64,000 bases of DNA from Pirellulales bacterium (GCA_035499655.1 DATJYL010000197.1:25255-89254), one strand, 5' to 3'. Shown: positions 24,615 to 34,855, counted from the stretch's first letter. Notes: generated by a model from the letters alone, not told the origin. Numbers and translations: made by a program.

Positions 24615-25433
24615 ATGGACATGCTCAAGCAAACGGTTGGATTTATTGGAGCAGGACAAATGGCGCGAGCGCTGGCTCGTGGATTTACCACCGCCGGTTT
24701 GCTAGCAGAAACGCAAATGGTGGCTGCCGATCCGGTGGCCGCGGCCCTGGCGGAATTCCAGCGTTTGCTGCCGGGGTGCAGTACGGAGCGCGAGAATGCC
24801 GAGGTTGCCCGGCGCAGCGACATCATGGTGCTGGCCGTCAAGCCGCAACAAGCCAAAACCGCGCTGGCCGAGCTGCGCGGCGCCCTGGGAAAAGACAAAT
24901 TGGTAATCTCCATCGTGACGGGCATCCGCTTGCAGGCACTAGCGGAAGGGTTGGGGCCGTGTCGATTGGTGCGCGTGATGCCGAATACGCCGTGCCTGGT
25001 GGGGCAAAGCGCCAGTGCGTACTGCTTGGGACCCGGCGCTACCCAGGCGGACGCCGAGCTGGTGGCCCAACTGCTGGGCTCGGTAGGCGTGGCCATACAG
25101 TTGGATGAAAAACTTTTGGATGCGGTCACCGGATTGTCCGGCTCGGGTCCGGCATACGTGTACCTGATGATTGAAGCATTGGCCGATGGGGGCGTACGGC
25201 TGGGACTTCCACGGGAAGTCGCTCTGAAATTGGCGGCTCAAACCGTGAAAGGGGCGGCGGAAATGGTGCTGACGACGGGCGATCATCCGGGCGTGCTCAA
25301 GGACCGCGTTGCCAGTCCCGGCGGAACGACGATTGCCGGCCTGCACGTCATGGAAAACCACGGCGTACGGGGAGCGTTGATTTCCGCCGTTGAAGCGGCG
25401 GCCCGCCGCGCAACGGAATTGGCAAACGGCTAA
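24615..25433 (+). CDS. proC: Pyrroline-5-carboxylate reductase
   Basis: N-terminal NADP-binding motif VGFIGAGQMARALARGF, then VMPNTPCLVGQSASAY, GSGPAYVYLMIEALADGGV and SPGGTTIAGLHVME. Confidence 0.9.
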   Translation: MDMLKQTVGFIGAGQMARALARGFTTAGLLAETQMVAADPVAAALAEFQRLLPGCSTERENAEVARRSDIMVLAVKPQQAKTALAELRGALGKDKLVISIVTGIRLQALAEGLGPCRLVRVMPNTPCLVGQSASAYCLGPGATQADAELVAQLLGSVGVAIQLDEKLLDAVTGLSGSGPAYVYLMIEALADGGVRLGLPREVALKLAAQTVKGAAEMVLTTGDHPGVLKDRVASPGGTTIAGLHVMENHGVRGALISAVEAAARRATELANG

Positions 25434-25539
25434 GCGAAGCGTATATACTTGCAAAGAGAAGCGATTGTCTGGAACGATTCACCTTAAAAACTAATGACAA
25501 AATTCGCGGGTCGAACTTCGTGCTCAGCGATTTGCATTT

Positions 25540-25782
25540 ATGTCTATTTTTTGCATTGTTGACGACAAGCATATTCCCTTGTACCGCATCGTGTGGATCG
25601 CGGCGGTGCCGCACTTTTGCGGCCATGACGATTGCACCCAAGAGGGCAACTACGAAATCCGCTTGGAACAAGGAGAATCGGTGTGGGCCAAGCGCGAGGA
25701 GCGCGATGCCGTGCTGAATGCACTGGAGAATTGGCAAGGCAGCGTGGGGGGAGAAGACGAAGAATGGGAAGAACCGCAGTGA
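25540..25782 (+). CDS. Hypothetical small protein (80 aa), Cys/His-containing, acidic C-terminus
   Basis: Clean ORF with plausible composition (…VPHFCGHDDCTQEGNYEIRLEQGESVWAKREERDAVLNALENW…). No family recognised. Confidence 0.45.
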   Translation: MSIFCIVDDKHIPLYRIVWIAAVPHFCGHDDCTQEGNYEIRLEQGESVWAKREERDAVLNALENWQGSVGGEDEEWEEPQ

Positions 25783-25850
25783 TATGATTCTCGTATACGT
25801 GTACCTCTGATTTACTTCCGGCTGGCGCCGACCTGCGAGAAACTTTGCCC

Positions 25851-26333
25851 ATGTCCACTTTCGAAAATCACGACTACAAATGGCGCGAAACCTATTTCGT
25901 GCTGTTCGATTCGGCGCGGCGGCCGATGCTGGAACAGGTCAAGCGCCGCTTGCTCAAAATTAATCCACGTTTCGAATTGAGCAACGGCGAGGCCGACGAG
26001 GCCGGCCACATTGATTCGCTTTCGCTTCGTTCGCCGCAAGATTACGCAGCCATGGACATCAGCTACGTATCAGGCGAAGAAGTGTCGGACCAGGTGGATG
26101 AGCTGCAACGGGACATGAAAGGCAATGTCGATGCTACGGATCGACCCAAGCTGGCCCAGCTTTCCCAGTGCGATGCCAAGTTCGACATTCTGCATTTCGA
26201 ACAGGTTTCCAACGATGAGGAAGAGGACGACGGGGAAATGCTCGACCCCAGTGCGTTGCTCGGCGTGATGGATGCCCTGATCGAACTGACCAAAGGCGTG
26301 GGCGTGGATCCGCAATCGGGCAGTTTGATGTAA
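25851..26333 (+). CDS. Hypothetical acidic protein
   Basis: 160-aa ORF with coding-like composition. No recognisable motif. Confidence 0.5.
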   Translation: MSTFENHDYKWRETYFVLFDSARRPMLEQVKRRLLKINPRFELSNGEADEAGHIDSLSLRSPQDYAAMDISYVSGEEVSDQVDELQRDMKGNVDATDRPKLAQLSQCDAKFDILHFEQVSNDEEEDDGEMLDPSALLGVMDALIELTKGVGVDPQSGSLM

Positions 26334-26334
26334 A

Positions 26335-26383
26335 GCGGCTAGCAATTAGCAATTAGCGACTAGCAATTAGCGGATAGCGATGA
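26335..26383. repeat. Heptamer tandem array (GCGGCTA GCAATTA GCAATTA GCGACTA GCAATTA GCGGATA GCGATGA)
   Basis: Seven 7-bp units begin 2 nt after the stop at 26333, between convergent genes. Confidence 0.85.
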
Positions 26384-26394
26384 GCAGACGCTTG

Positions 26395-26724
26395 CTAGTT
26401 GCTTTCTTGACCCAACTGCCGCAGCAGGTCCAAGGTATAAATGCCGGTGCTGTGGCCGTCGCTGAATTCGATGGAGTAAGCGTAATTTCCCACGGGCTCC
26501 ATCTTAGCGATTTGCAGCGGCAGGGCTTCTGCTGCCGACAGCACGGGCAACAAGTTGGCGGATGGCGGGGCTGCGGAACGTTTTTCTCGGCAAGTGGCAC
26601 ACGGGCAGGCATCGCGCAGTTCGCGGAACGAATACTGGCGGCGCGCGCCATCGCTCCAATCGATGATTAAGGCATTTTCGCCCGTGCGAGACAGTTTAAT
26701 CGGATGAGATGACGTAGAACTCAT
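26395..26724 (-). CDS. DUF971-family protein (gamma-butyrobetaine hydroxylase N-terminal-like zinc-binding domain)
   Basis: LIIDWSDGARRQYSFRELRDACPCATC...YAYSIEFSDGHSTGIYTLDLLRQLG matches the DUF971 pattern. It has a 4-nt overlap with the upstream ligase gene. Confidence 0.8.
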   Translation of the reverse strand: MSSTSSHPIKLSRTGENALIIDWSDGARRQYSFRELRDACPCATCREKRSAAPPSANLLPVLSAAEALPLQIAKMEPVGNYAYSIEFSDGHSTGIYTLDLLRQLGQESN

Positions 26725-28010
26725 CCTCGCCGCTCCCGCTTGTCAATAAATCGCTTCCCTTTTCCTTCGAATCGGGGCAGCGAACCCAAGGGAACGGTTT
26801 CTACCTCGACGCGCAGCCCAATCCGCAATTTAAATTCCTGCATAATTCGATCGGGCTGTTGCAGTCGATCTTCCACTTCGATCCGCAAGCGGTCCATTTC
26901 GGAAACTTTGTACACCGTGGCGCGGTACTCCACCACTTCGGGAAAGCTGCGCAAAATATGGTCTATGCTGCTGGGAAACACATTGACGCCGCGAACCACC
27001 AGCATGTCGTCGTTGCGTCCCAATACGCCGCCATTAAGCAACACGAAGCGGTTGGTTCCTGGATGCCGCCAGGTGGGTCGCACCACGTCGCCAGTGCGAT
27101 AGCGCAACACGGGACAACCGGCTCGACCCAAATTGGTGATGACCAATTCCGCTTCTTCGCTATCTTCCGCCGGGCCACCAGTGGCCAACGACAGAAACTC
27201 GGCAATGTACTCGGCTTCGACCACGTATAATCCTTGACCTTGCGAATCGCCGAATCCCCAGGGACCCACTTCGGTGGCACCGCAGTGATCGTGAACCTGC
27301 GCGTTCCATAATTGTTGCAGCCTGGCGCGAACGGCCGGCACTGATCCGCCCGGTTCGCCCGCTAAAACCAAGACTCGCACGCCGAATTGTGCGACGTCCA
27401 GATCGTGATGTCCCGCCACTTCAGCCAAATGCAAAGCATAACTGGGGGTGCAACACAACACCGTGGGCTCATTGTGGCGGGCCAAATCCAAGCGTTGCAG
27501 CGAGCTCATGCCGCCGGTGGGAATAACCAACGCCCCGCGCTGGCAAAACGATTCATACGCGCCCCAAAAGCCGATGTGCGGGCCGAACGAAAAGGCCATC
27601 AACACGCGATCGCCGGCGCGAATGTTCGCCGCGTCCAGCACGTATTGCCAGCACTGCAGCACCCATTGCCAATCGTCGGGCGTATCGAGCACGGCCAAAG
27701 GCCGACCGCTGGTGCCGGAAGTTTGATGAAAGCGAGAATATCGCTCCCGCGGCCAGGTGTGGTTGCGGGCTGTATCACCGCCGCTGGCCGAAACGACAAG
27801 TTCCTCTTTGAACGTGAACGGCCAGCGTGCGAACTCCGCCAGCGAATCTACGGGCCGTTTCATCCGGGCCAGCTTTTGCGCGTAAAACTGATTGGCGGGC
27901 AAGATCTGGTCCAGCAGCGCATTGAGCCGCAGCAGTTGATATTGCTCCAACTCGGCGCGGGGCAACGATTCCAAGCGGCGACGTTCAGCAGCAGTCGTGG
28001 GTGTCATCAC
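26721..28010 (-). CDS. Phenylacetate-CoA ligase-family (PaaK / F390 synthetase-like) adenylate-forming enzyme
   Basis: The family-typical adenylation motif is HQTSGTSGRPL. Length is 429 aa, with YRTGD and C-terminal ...GKGKRFIDKR. Confidence 0.85.
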   Translation of the reverse strand: MMTPTTAAERRRLESLPRAELEQYQLLRLNALLDQILPANQFYAQKLARMKRPVDSLAEFARWPFTFKEELVVSASGGDTARNHTWPRERYSRFHQTSGTSGRPLAVLDTPDDWQWVLQCWQYVLDAANIRAGDRVLMAFSFGPHIGFWGAYESFCQRGALVIPTGGMSSLQRLDLARHNEPTVLCCTPSYALHLAEVAGHHDLDVAQFGVRVLVLAGEPGGSVPAVRARLQQLWNAQVHDHCGATEVGPWGFGDSQGQGLYVVEAEYIAEFLSLATGGPAEDSEEAELVITNLGRAGCPVLRYRTGDVVRPTWRHPGTNRFVLLNGGVLGRNDDMLVVRGVNVFPSSIDHILRSFPEVVEYRATVYKVSEMDRLRIEVEDRLQQPDRIMQEFKLRIGLRVEVETVPLGSLPRFEGKGKRFIDKRERRG

Positions 28011-28127
28011 TGAATTCTAGGCCGGACGGTGTTTTTTTGTAGATCGCTCTGCAGACCGAGCCATGAGCAAAACGCGAGCAAAAATCAACGGTTTCAAAGG
28101 ATGTTTCACCAGGACAATCAAGAAGAA

Positions 28128-29387
28128 TTATTTCCCGCCGATGGAAATCAGATGCGACAGGGTGCGGAGGTACATTTTGCCGTCGGCGATGGCGGGGGTG
28201 GCCTGGCTGCCTTCGCCCAGCGGATTGCGCGCCAGCTGCTTATATTCGTCCGCGGCGGCCAGCACGACCACATCGCCATCGAGGGAGATGCAATAGATTC
28301 GGTCGCCCACGCGGACCGGGGAACCGTAAAAAATTCCGCCCACCCGCTGCCGCCAGTGAACTTTGCCCGTGGGCACGTCGATGCAACTGACAATTCCGCC
28401 GTCGCCCCACAGGAACGCCAAATCGCCGGCGGTGCAAATGGTGGTCACATACGGCGCCGACGATTTGGGAATGCTGTAGACCAATTGGTACGGGCTGCCA
28501 TCTTTGTTGCCGGGCTTGATGGCCACGACCATGTTATTTCCCTTGCCCTCCTGCCCCTCGCCACAGTTGGCTAAAATCAAACCGTCGGCCAAGACGGGCG
28601 AACCGACGGGCCGCAGTTTGAACACCGGCGCTTCCCAATTCACGGCGCCGGTTTTCAAATCGTGGCTGGTGATGCCGTAGGCCCAACTGCAGACGATGAG
28701 TTCGCGGCCGGTCGGCGTATCGAGGATACAGGGGGTGGCATACGAAGCATTCTGGCGGTTGTCGGCGTACTTGCGAGGAATTTTCCAGCGCTCTTGCCCG
28801 GTGGCCGAGTCAACGGCAATCAGAAATCGTTGATCGCCTTCTTGATCGTTGGTGATGATGACCTCGTCGTCCACCACAATCGGCGAAGTGCCAAAGCCGT
28901 GCTGGCTGATGAATGGTCCCAGATTGATTTTCCACACTTCATCGCCATCGTGGGTTAACGCCTGCAGGGTGAACTCGTCGGCCGAGGCCCAGGCCAAATA
29001 AATCCGCTTGTCGTCCAAAGCCGGCGTGCTGACGGCAAAGTTGTTTTGCGCGTGGACGTGATATTTGGTTCCGGGAAAATCTTTCTGCCAAATTTTTTGT
29101 CCATCTTTGGCGCTAAGACACAGCACATGGCGCGTGGCGGTATCGGGATCGGCGCCGGTGACAAACACCTTGTCGCCCCAAACAACCGGCGACGAATGCC
29201 CCACGCCCGGCAGCTCCACTTTCCAGTTATAGTCGCTTTCGGTCCATTGGATGGGAATGGTTGCCGCCGCTTCGCTTTGCCCCTGGCCGTTGGGACCACG
29301 GAAGCGCGTCCACTGTTGGGCATATGCCGCTGCGCCGGTCAACCAGACGCACAGACAAGCCCCAAGCATCGTGCGGCGAGAAATCAT
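28128..29387 (-). CDS. Secreted PQQ-like (BamB-like) beta-propeller repeat protein
   Basis: Signal peptide MISRRTMLGACLCVWLTGAAAYA. W/G-rich propeller blades recur (SSPVVWGDKVFVTG, LAWASADEFTLQAL, TSPIVVDDEVIIT, GSPVLADGLILANCG, ATPAIADGKMYLRT). Confidence 0.8.
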   Translation of the reverse strand: MISRRTMLGACLCVWLTGAAAYAQQWTRFRGPNGQGQSEAAATIPIQWTESDYNWKVELPGVGHSSPVVWGDKVFVTGADPDTATRHVLCLSAKDGQKIWQKDFPGTKYHVHAQNNFAVSTPALDDKRIYLAWASADEFTLQALTHDGDEVWKINLGPFISQHGFGTSPIVVDDEVIITNDQEGDQRFLIAVDSATGQERWKIPRKYADNRQNASYATPCILDTPTGRELIVCSWAYGITSHDLKTGAVNWEAPVFKLRPVGSPVLADGLILANCGEGQEGKGNNMVVAIKPGNKDGSPYQLVYSIPKSSAPYVTTICTAGDLAFLWGDGGIVSCIDVPTGKVHWRQRVGGIFYGSPVRVGDRIYCISLDGDVVVLAAADEYKQLARNPLGEGSQATPAIADGKMYLRTLSHLISIGGK

Positions 29388-29683
29388 GAACGAACCTTTT
29401 AATCGGCGTATGCTCTGTTAACGAATATCGCTGACACGATGGTAACGCATGCAGCCGGTATATTCTAGGATTGGCGTCGCGCGGTAGTGGGTCAGTTTGA
29501 AATGTAGAGGCGGCTGTCCTCAGCGGCTGACGCAACAATCGCCGAAAAAACGGCCGGGGACAGCCGTCGCTACATTCCTCATTGATCAAACTGACCCATT
29601 ACCCGTCGCAGGGCAAGTTCCCATTCCCCATTCTTTCTGCTGCGATAGAATTTGTTGCCAGCCTATTCTCCACGGTATTTTCC

Positions 29684-30706
29684 ATGCTTACAGAAACGCT
29701 TGGTCGCCTGGCGGCCGGGGAAAACTTATCGCAGTCTGAGGCGACCGCCGTTTTCGACGCGGTGATGGAAGGTCACGTACCCGAGGAGCAAATCGCCCTG
29801 CTCTTGACCGCGCTGCGAGCCAAAGGCGAAACGGTTGACGAAATTGCCGGTGCGGCAGCTTCGCTGCGGAAGCAGATGACGCCAATTCGCACGCGGCATT
29901 CCATTGTAATCGACACCTGCGGCACCGGCGGCGGCGGTTCGAAGCTGTTCAACATCAGCACGGCGGCGGCGCTGGTGACGGCCGCTACAGGGACGCCAGT
30001 CGCCAAGCATGGCAATCGAGCGGTAACCAGCCGCACTGGGTCGGCCGACGTATTGGCCGCTTTGGGCGTCAACATTGCGGCCGAGGTAACCTGCGTGGAG
30101 CGTTGTCTCAATGAATTGGGGATTTGTTTTTGCTTTGCGCCGCTGGTACACCCTTCGATGAAGCGGGTGGCTGAAGTTCGCCGCCGCTTGGGTATGCCCA
30201 CCATCTTCAATTTGCTAGGGCCCTTGTGCAACCCGGCGGGCGCTCCGTTTCAATTGCTGGGTGTCGGCCGGCCAGAGTCGCGGCCAGTCATGGCTCAAGC
30301 ATTGGCTAAGTTGGGCACCAAGCATGCAGTGGTTGTTAGCGGTGGCGAAGGACTTGGCGAAGTGAATATCGCTGGTCCGACGGAGGCGACGGAAGTGATG
30401 GCTGATGGCAGCATTCGCGAATTTCAGTGGATTCCCAGCCTGTTCGGTTTGCCGACGGCCGATTCGCTCGATTCGCTGGTTGTGAAAAACGCGGAACAAA
30501 GCGCCGAGATGATCCGCGAAGTTTTGGCAGGCAAGCCCGGACCTGCGCGCGACATCGTGATTGCGAATAGCGCAGCAGCCACGTGGATTGCTGGAAGCGA
30601 AACAACGTTGCAGACTGCGGCCAGCAGGGCAAAGATGATCATCGATAACGGGGCCGCGAGCCGCACACTCGCCAATCTCGTCGCAATGACAAACGCAACA
30701 CGATGA
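29684..30706 (+). CDS. trpD: Anthranilate phosphoribosyltransferase
   Basis: [57 protein letters not shown]. The ATG at 29684 is preferred over the upstream extension. Confidence 0.9.
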   Translation: MLTETLGRLAAGENLSQSEATAVFDAVMEGHVPEEQIALLLTALRAKGETVDEIAGAAASLRKQMTPIRTRHSIVIDTCGTGGGGSKLFNISTAAALVTAATGTPVAKHGNRAVTSRTGSADVLAALGVNIAAEVTCVERCLNELGICFCFAPLVHPSMKRVAEVRRRLGMPTIFNLLGPLCNPAGAPFQLLGVGRPESRPVMAQALAKLGTKHAVVVSGGEGLGEVNIAGPTEATEVMADGSIREFQWIPSLFGLPTADSLDSLVVKNAEQSAEMIREVLAGKPGPARDIVIANSAAATWIAGSETTLQTAASRAKMIIDNGAASRTLANLVAMTNATR

Positions 30707-33201
30707 GCGAACAACATCATCACAAGCTTGGCCATGCCAACAGGCTGCCGACGGCCGGCGGCGAAAAAGTGCGCGATCCGGTGTGCGGCATGCTGATCGA
30801 TCCGGCTCGCGCCGCGGGCAAGTTCGAATATCAGGGCCAGACATATTATTTTTGCAATCCCGGCTGCCTGAAAAAATTCCAAGCGCAGCCGGATGTGTAT
30901 TTGTCTTCCGTCCCGGTCGCCAGCGGACCACAGCTTTCCGTTTTGCAGCCAGCACGCGGAATAGCGGTTCATGCATTGCACCCTCACCCCAGCCCTCTCC
31001 CAAAGGGAGAGGGAGCAAAAGCGAGTGTTCAATTCACGTGCCCCATGCACCCGGAAGTGCGGCAAAACGGGCCGGGAAGCTGCCCGATTTGCGGCATGGC
31101 GTTAGAGCCGCAAAATGTCATCGTTGGGGAAGAAGCCAATCCTGAACTTGCCGATATGTCGCGCCGTTTCTGGATTAGCATGGCATTGAGTGCGCCGCTA
31201 CTAGTTGTTGCGATGCTCGACATGCTGCCTGGGATGCCGCTGCAACATTGGTTCGGCGCGGCTACGCTGCGGTGGATCGAGTTTGCCCTGGCCACGCCGG
31301 TCGTGCTATGGGCGGGGCTGCCGTTTTTCCAGCGCGGTTGGCAATCGGTGGTACATCGCTCGCCTAACATGTTCACGCTGATTGCCATGGGCACGGGCGC
31401 CGCATACGGCTTCAGCGTGGTGGCCGCGTTTGCGCCGGGATGGTTTCCGGAATCGTTGCGCGGGCACAACGGACAAGTTGAAGTTTATTTTGAAGCGGCC
31501 GCTGTGATTATCACGTTGGTGCTGTTGGGGCAAGTTTTGGAATTGCGAGCGCGGGGGCAAACTTCCAGCGCCATTCGCGCATTGCTGGGATTAGCCCCCA
31601 AAACCGCACGTCGAATGAATGCCGATGGCAGCGAACACGATGTGCCGCTGGATCAGGTGCAAGTGGGCGATCGGCTGCGGGTGCGGCCTGGTGAAAAAGT
31701 GCCGGTGGACGGTGAAGTGCTGGAAGGCGCCAGCAGCGTGGATGAATCGATGATCACCGGCGAGCCAATCCCGGTGGAAAAACAAACCGGCGACCGTGTC
31801 ACCGGCGGCACGGTCAACGGCACGGGTTCGCTGGTGATGCAGGCGCAGCGCGTCGGCAGCGAGACGTTGCTGGCGCAAATTGTTCGCATGGTGAGCGAGG
31901 CCCAGCGCAGCCGCGCGCCGATCCAGCGATTAGCCGATGTCGTGGCCGCATGGTTTGTGCCGGCGGTGATTGGCGTGGCGATTCTTACGTTCACCCTTTG
32001 GTCGACCGTGGGGCCGGAGCCACGATTGGCTTACGCTTTGGTCAATGCGGTGGCGGTTTTGATCATTGCTTGTCCTTGTGCCTTGGGACTGGCAACGCCG
32101 ATGGCAATTATGGTAGGCACCGGACGGGGCGCCATGGCCGGCGTACTGGTGAAAAACGCGGAAGCATTGGAAGTGTTGGAAAAAGTCGACGTGCTAGTGG
32201 TCGATAAAACTGGCACGTTGACGGAAGGCAAACCACGATTGATGACGGTGGAGGGCGCAGGGAGCAGGGCGCAGGAAGCAGGATATAAAGCCGCGACCGT
32301 TGGTAGCGCTGATGACAAGTCGGACGAACAACTCCTTCGCCTAGCCGCCGCGCTGGAAAAGGCCAGCGAGCATCCGTTGGCGGCGGCGATTGTTACCGGC
32401 GCCCAGGAAAGGCAACTCGCAGTTCCTGACGTCGTGAAGTTTCGTTCCATCACCGGAAAGGGCGTGACGGGAAACATCGAAAATCACGATGCGGCGCTCG
32501 GCAACGTCAAATTATTGGAAGAGTTGAGAATTGCCGTGCCGAAGGCTGCTTTGGATCGGGCGGAAACGCTGCGGCGCGATGGCCAAACCGTCATGTTTGT
32601 GGCCATCGACGGCACGTTGACCGGATTATTAAGCGTGGCCGATCCGATCAAAGCAAGTACGCCCGAGGCGATTGGGTTTCTGCACGCCGATGGTGTGCGG
32701 ATCGTGATGCTGACGGGCGACAGCCGCACCACAGCCCAGGCAGTGGCAAAAAAATTGGGCATTGACGAAGTTCTAGCAGAAGTTGCTCCGGGCGAAAAAG
32801 GGAACGCGATTAAACATTTGCAGAGTGAGGGGCATATTGTGGCGATGGCCGGCGACGGAATCAACGATGCGCCGGCGCTAGCGCAAGCACAGGTGGGTAT
32901 TGCGATGGGGACCGGCACGGATGTGGCGATGGAAAGCGCCGGACTGACATTGGTGAAAGGAGACTTGCGCGGCATTGCCAAAGCCCGGCGTCTGAGCCGC
33001 GGCGTGATGCGCAACATCCGTCAGAATTTGTTTTTCGCCTTCGTGTACAACGCATTGGGTGTGCCGATTGCAGCAGGAGTGTTGTATCCCATCTTCGGCC
33101 ATGCTGCACTGTTGAATCCGATGATTGCCGCAGCGGCGATGAGCTTCAGCAGCGTTTCGGTGATCAGCAATGCCCTTCGCCTGCGGCGGCTTGCGTTGTG
33201 A
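30703..33201 (+). CDS. copA: Copper-translocating P1B-type ATPase with N-terminal TRASH/YHS-like and CxxC...CPxC metal-binding modules
   Basis: DPVCGM...[12 protein letters not shown] is TRASH/YHS-like, and TCPMHPEV...CPICGM is a second Cys module. The TM CPC motif is [11 protein letters not shown]. Also present: [20 protein letters not shown]. The ATG overlaps the trpD stop (ATGA). Confidence 0.9.
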   Translation: MSEQHHHKLGHANRLPTAGGEKVRDPVCGMLIDPARAAGKFEYQGQTYYFCNPGCLKKFQAQPDVYLSSVPVASGPQLSVLQPARGIAVHALHPHPSPLPKGEGAKASVQFTCPMHPEVRQNGPGSCPICGMALEPQNVIVGEEANPELADMSRRFWISMALSAPLLVVAMLDMLPGMPLQHWFGAATLRWIEFALATPVVLWAGLPFFQRGWQSVVHRSPNMFTLIAMGTGAAYGFSVVAAFAPGWFPESLRGHNGQVEVYFEAAAVIITLVLLGQVLELRARGQTSSAIRALLGLAPKTARRMNADGSEHDVPLDQVQVGDRLRVRPGEKVPVDGEVLEGASSVDESMITGEPIPVEKQTGDRVTGGTVNGTGSLVMQAQRVGSETLLAQIVRMVSEAQRSRAPIQRLADVVAAWFVPAVIGVAILTFTLWSTVGPEPRLAYALVNAVAVLIIACPCALGLATPMAIMVGTGRGAMAGVLVKNAEALEVLEKVDVLVVDKTGTLTEGKPRLMTVEGAGSRAQEAGYKAATVGSADDKSDEQLLRLAAALEKASEHPLAAAIVTGAQERQLAVPDVVKFRSITGKGVTGNIENHDAALGNVKLLEELRIAVPKAALDRAETLRRDGQTVMFVAIDGTLTGLLSVADPIKASTPEAIGFLHADGVRIVMLTGDSRTTAQAVAKKLGIDEVLAEVAPGEKGNAIKHLQSEGHIVAMAGDGINDAPALAQAQVGIAMGTGTDVAMESAGLTLVKGDLRGIAKARRLSRGVMRNIRQNLFFAFVYNALGVPIAAGVLYPIFGHAALLNPMIAAAAMSFSSVSVISNALRLRRLAL
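30978..31013. repeat. Palindromic repeat element embedded in-frame in copA
   Basis: GCACCCTCACCCCAGCCCTCTCCC-aaa-GGGAGAGGG with a perfect 9-bp hairpin (30993-31013). The first 24 nt recur, reverse-complemented and 23/24 identical, at 44001..44024. Confidence 0.75.
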
Positions 33202-33508
33202 AGAAAAACCGGCACTACGATTGAACGCCGTTGCGAATTGATGGAACAAACCGCTGATTCACGCTGATCAGCAGCAATGGATTGCCAGTAGCTTTTCTCC
33301 GGACTATCGCCAATTAACGTGTGTTAGCGGTTTGTTCATTGAACAGAAGGAAACAGAGACAGCGGAGAATTAGGGCCATTTTTCAAGAATCTGTTGCGAC
33401 TGTAGCCGAATGCTCACAGCATCCGGACCGGACGGCGTGGCCGTCCGGCTATTTGGTGTCACGTTTCGAGAAATTTTCCAAAAAATCTTCGCCGGTGCTG
33501 CAAAACAG

Positions 33509-33535
33509 TTGACTTGGGGGGGGGGGGGGTATGCT
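33509..33535 (+). promoter_or_regulatory. Candidate promoter whose spacer is a G14 homopolymer
   Basis: TTGACT (33509-33514), then T+G14 as a 15-nt spacer, then TATGCT (33530-33535), upstream of the PEP-CTERM protein gene. Confidence 0.4.
33516..33529. repeat. Homopolymeric G14 tract
   Basis: Counted directly: 14 consecutive G between T33515 and T33530. Confidence 0.95.
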
Positions 33536-33590
33536 GGGCAGTTCTGGAAAAGAGAAGAGCGGTTTCGTTTCCACTCCGATTCACTCATCG

Positions 33591-34367
33591 ATGAAGGAAC
33601 CGCTCGTGAATTGCATTGCGAGAGCCATTACAGCGTTGGTAAAACTCACCCGCACGACTAGCAGGTTATCTGTAATCGTACTTTTACTTTGCGCAACAAA
33701 GTCCTACGGTGCCATTTATGTTGTGGCAGATCGGTCCGTATTCGACGCTGAAACCGCTGGTCTATCGACCATTGATTTCAATTCATATTCTAGCGGCGCG
33801 CTGACGAATTACAGCACCCCAAGCGGCTTGACAGCAACGGGAATAGAATTCGTCGGCAACGTGACCGGTGGTGGAAACTTTCTTTATGCTATCCAACCAG
33901 CATATTATCCGCCAATATACGACCAATGGCCAACCGGATCGAGTCCAACCGTCTTGCAAGGGCCGGGAAGTGCGGGTGCGGTGGCAGTAGGTGAACTCGA
34001 CGTGAGTGGTCCATTAGGAACTGCTGTCGGCACGGGATTTTACACCGTTACTGATGGGATTGGACCTGTGCCCCAATCCGTCCAGGTTTATGTTGACACT
34101 GGGTTTTCAGACCTTACCTTTACCGTTCCCACTTCGGGCGCACCAACGATAGATTTTATTGGGATCATTGATACGGAGTCGGGCGAACCTATACAAGACG
34201 TTTCGTTCACCGCTGGCGGCACTGCGACGTATCCGAATCTGTCAGATTTTCAATACGGTGAATTCGTACCGGCCCCCGAGCCGAGCGGACTTGTGTTGGT
34301 CGCGCTGGGCGGCCTGGCGGCCATCGGTTGTCGCGCGCTGCTGCGGCGGAAGGCCAATGCTGTTTAG
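33591..34367 (+). CDS. PEP-CTERM sorting-domain surface/secreted protein
   Basis: The C-terminus VPAPEPSGLVLVALGGLAAIGCRALLRRK is a PEP motif plus TM plus basic tail. There is an N-terminal signal-like segment (LSVIVLLLCATKSYGA). The start may be 33591 or the ATG at 33531, which directly follows the G tract. Confidence 0.8.
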   Translation: MKEPLVNCIARAITALVKLTRTTSRLSVIVLLLCATKSYGAIYVVADRSVFDAETAGLSTIDFNSYSSGALTNYSTPSGLTATGIEFVGNVTGGGNFLYAIQPAYYPPIYDQWPTGSSPTVLQGPGSAGAVAVGELDVSGPLGTAVGTGFYTVTDGIGPVPQSVQVYVDTGFSDLTFTVPTSGAPTIDFIGIIDTESGEPIQDVSFTAGGTATYPNLSDFQYGEFVPAPEPSGLVLVALGGLAAIGCRALLRRKANAV

Positions 34368-34532
34368 AATGGCGCGACTCGCCGATCCCATCGGCGGCTT
34401 TATGGGGGAAGATGTCGAAGCCCTAACTAACTGGCGGAATCGATTGGCGGATGGAATCGAGCAGTTCCCACGTCCTGTGCTGATCGCACCATTACAGACA
34501 ATAGCACAGTGAAAACACTTGCATCCGCTGAT

Positions 34533-34760
34533 TCAAATCCAGTCACGCCGTTTCATTATCTTGATGAATTCATCAAGCATCGTATGAACTTCAACATCAG
34601 ATGCTTGAGGAAACGCGCATTGTAGTTTTGACTGGAGATTTCTGCAGCCTTCGTCAAACCACCGCGGTCCGGCCAGCAGTTTGTCCGCAGGATTCATTTC
34701 CCGGGCATTACGAATTTTCTCGCGAAACAATTCGTCGGCGAGTTCCTTGGTCGGTTGCAT
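34533..34760 (-). CDS. Hypothetical small protein (75 aa)
   Basis: Clean ORF with helical, charged composition. No family recognised. Confidence 0.45.
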   Translation of the reverse strand: MQPTKELADELFREKIRNAREMNPADKLLAGPRWFDEGCRNLQSKLQCAFPQASDVEVHTMLDEFIKIMKRRDWI

Positions 34761-34855
34761 TTGGTAATACTCCCTGGAAGCGATTCTCTCGCAGTCGCAC
34801 TATAGCTATGAATTTACACAGAGCGTCCTCTATCGTCTATCGGATAAAGCCTAAC

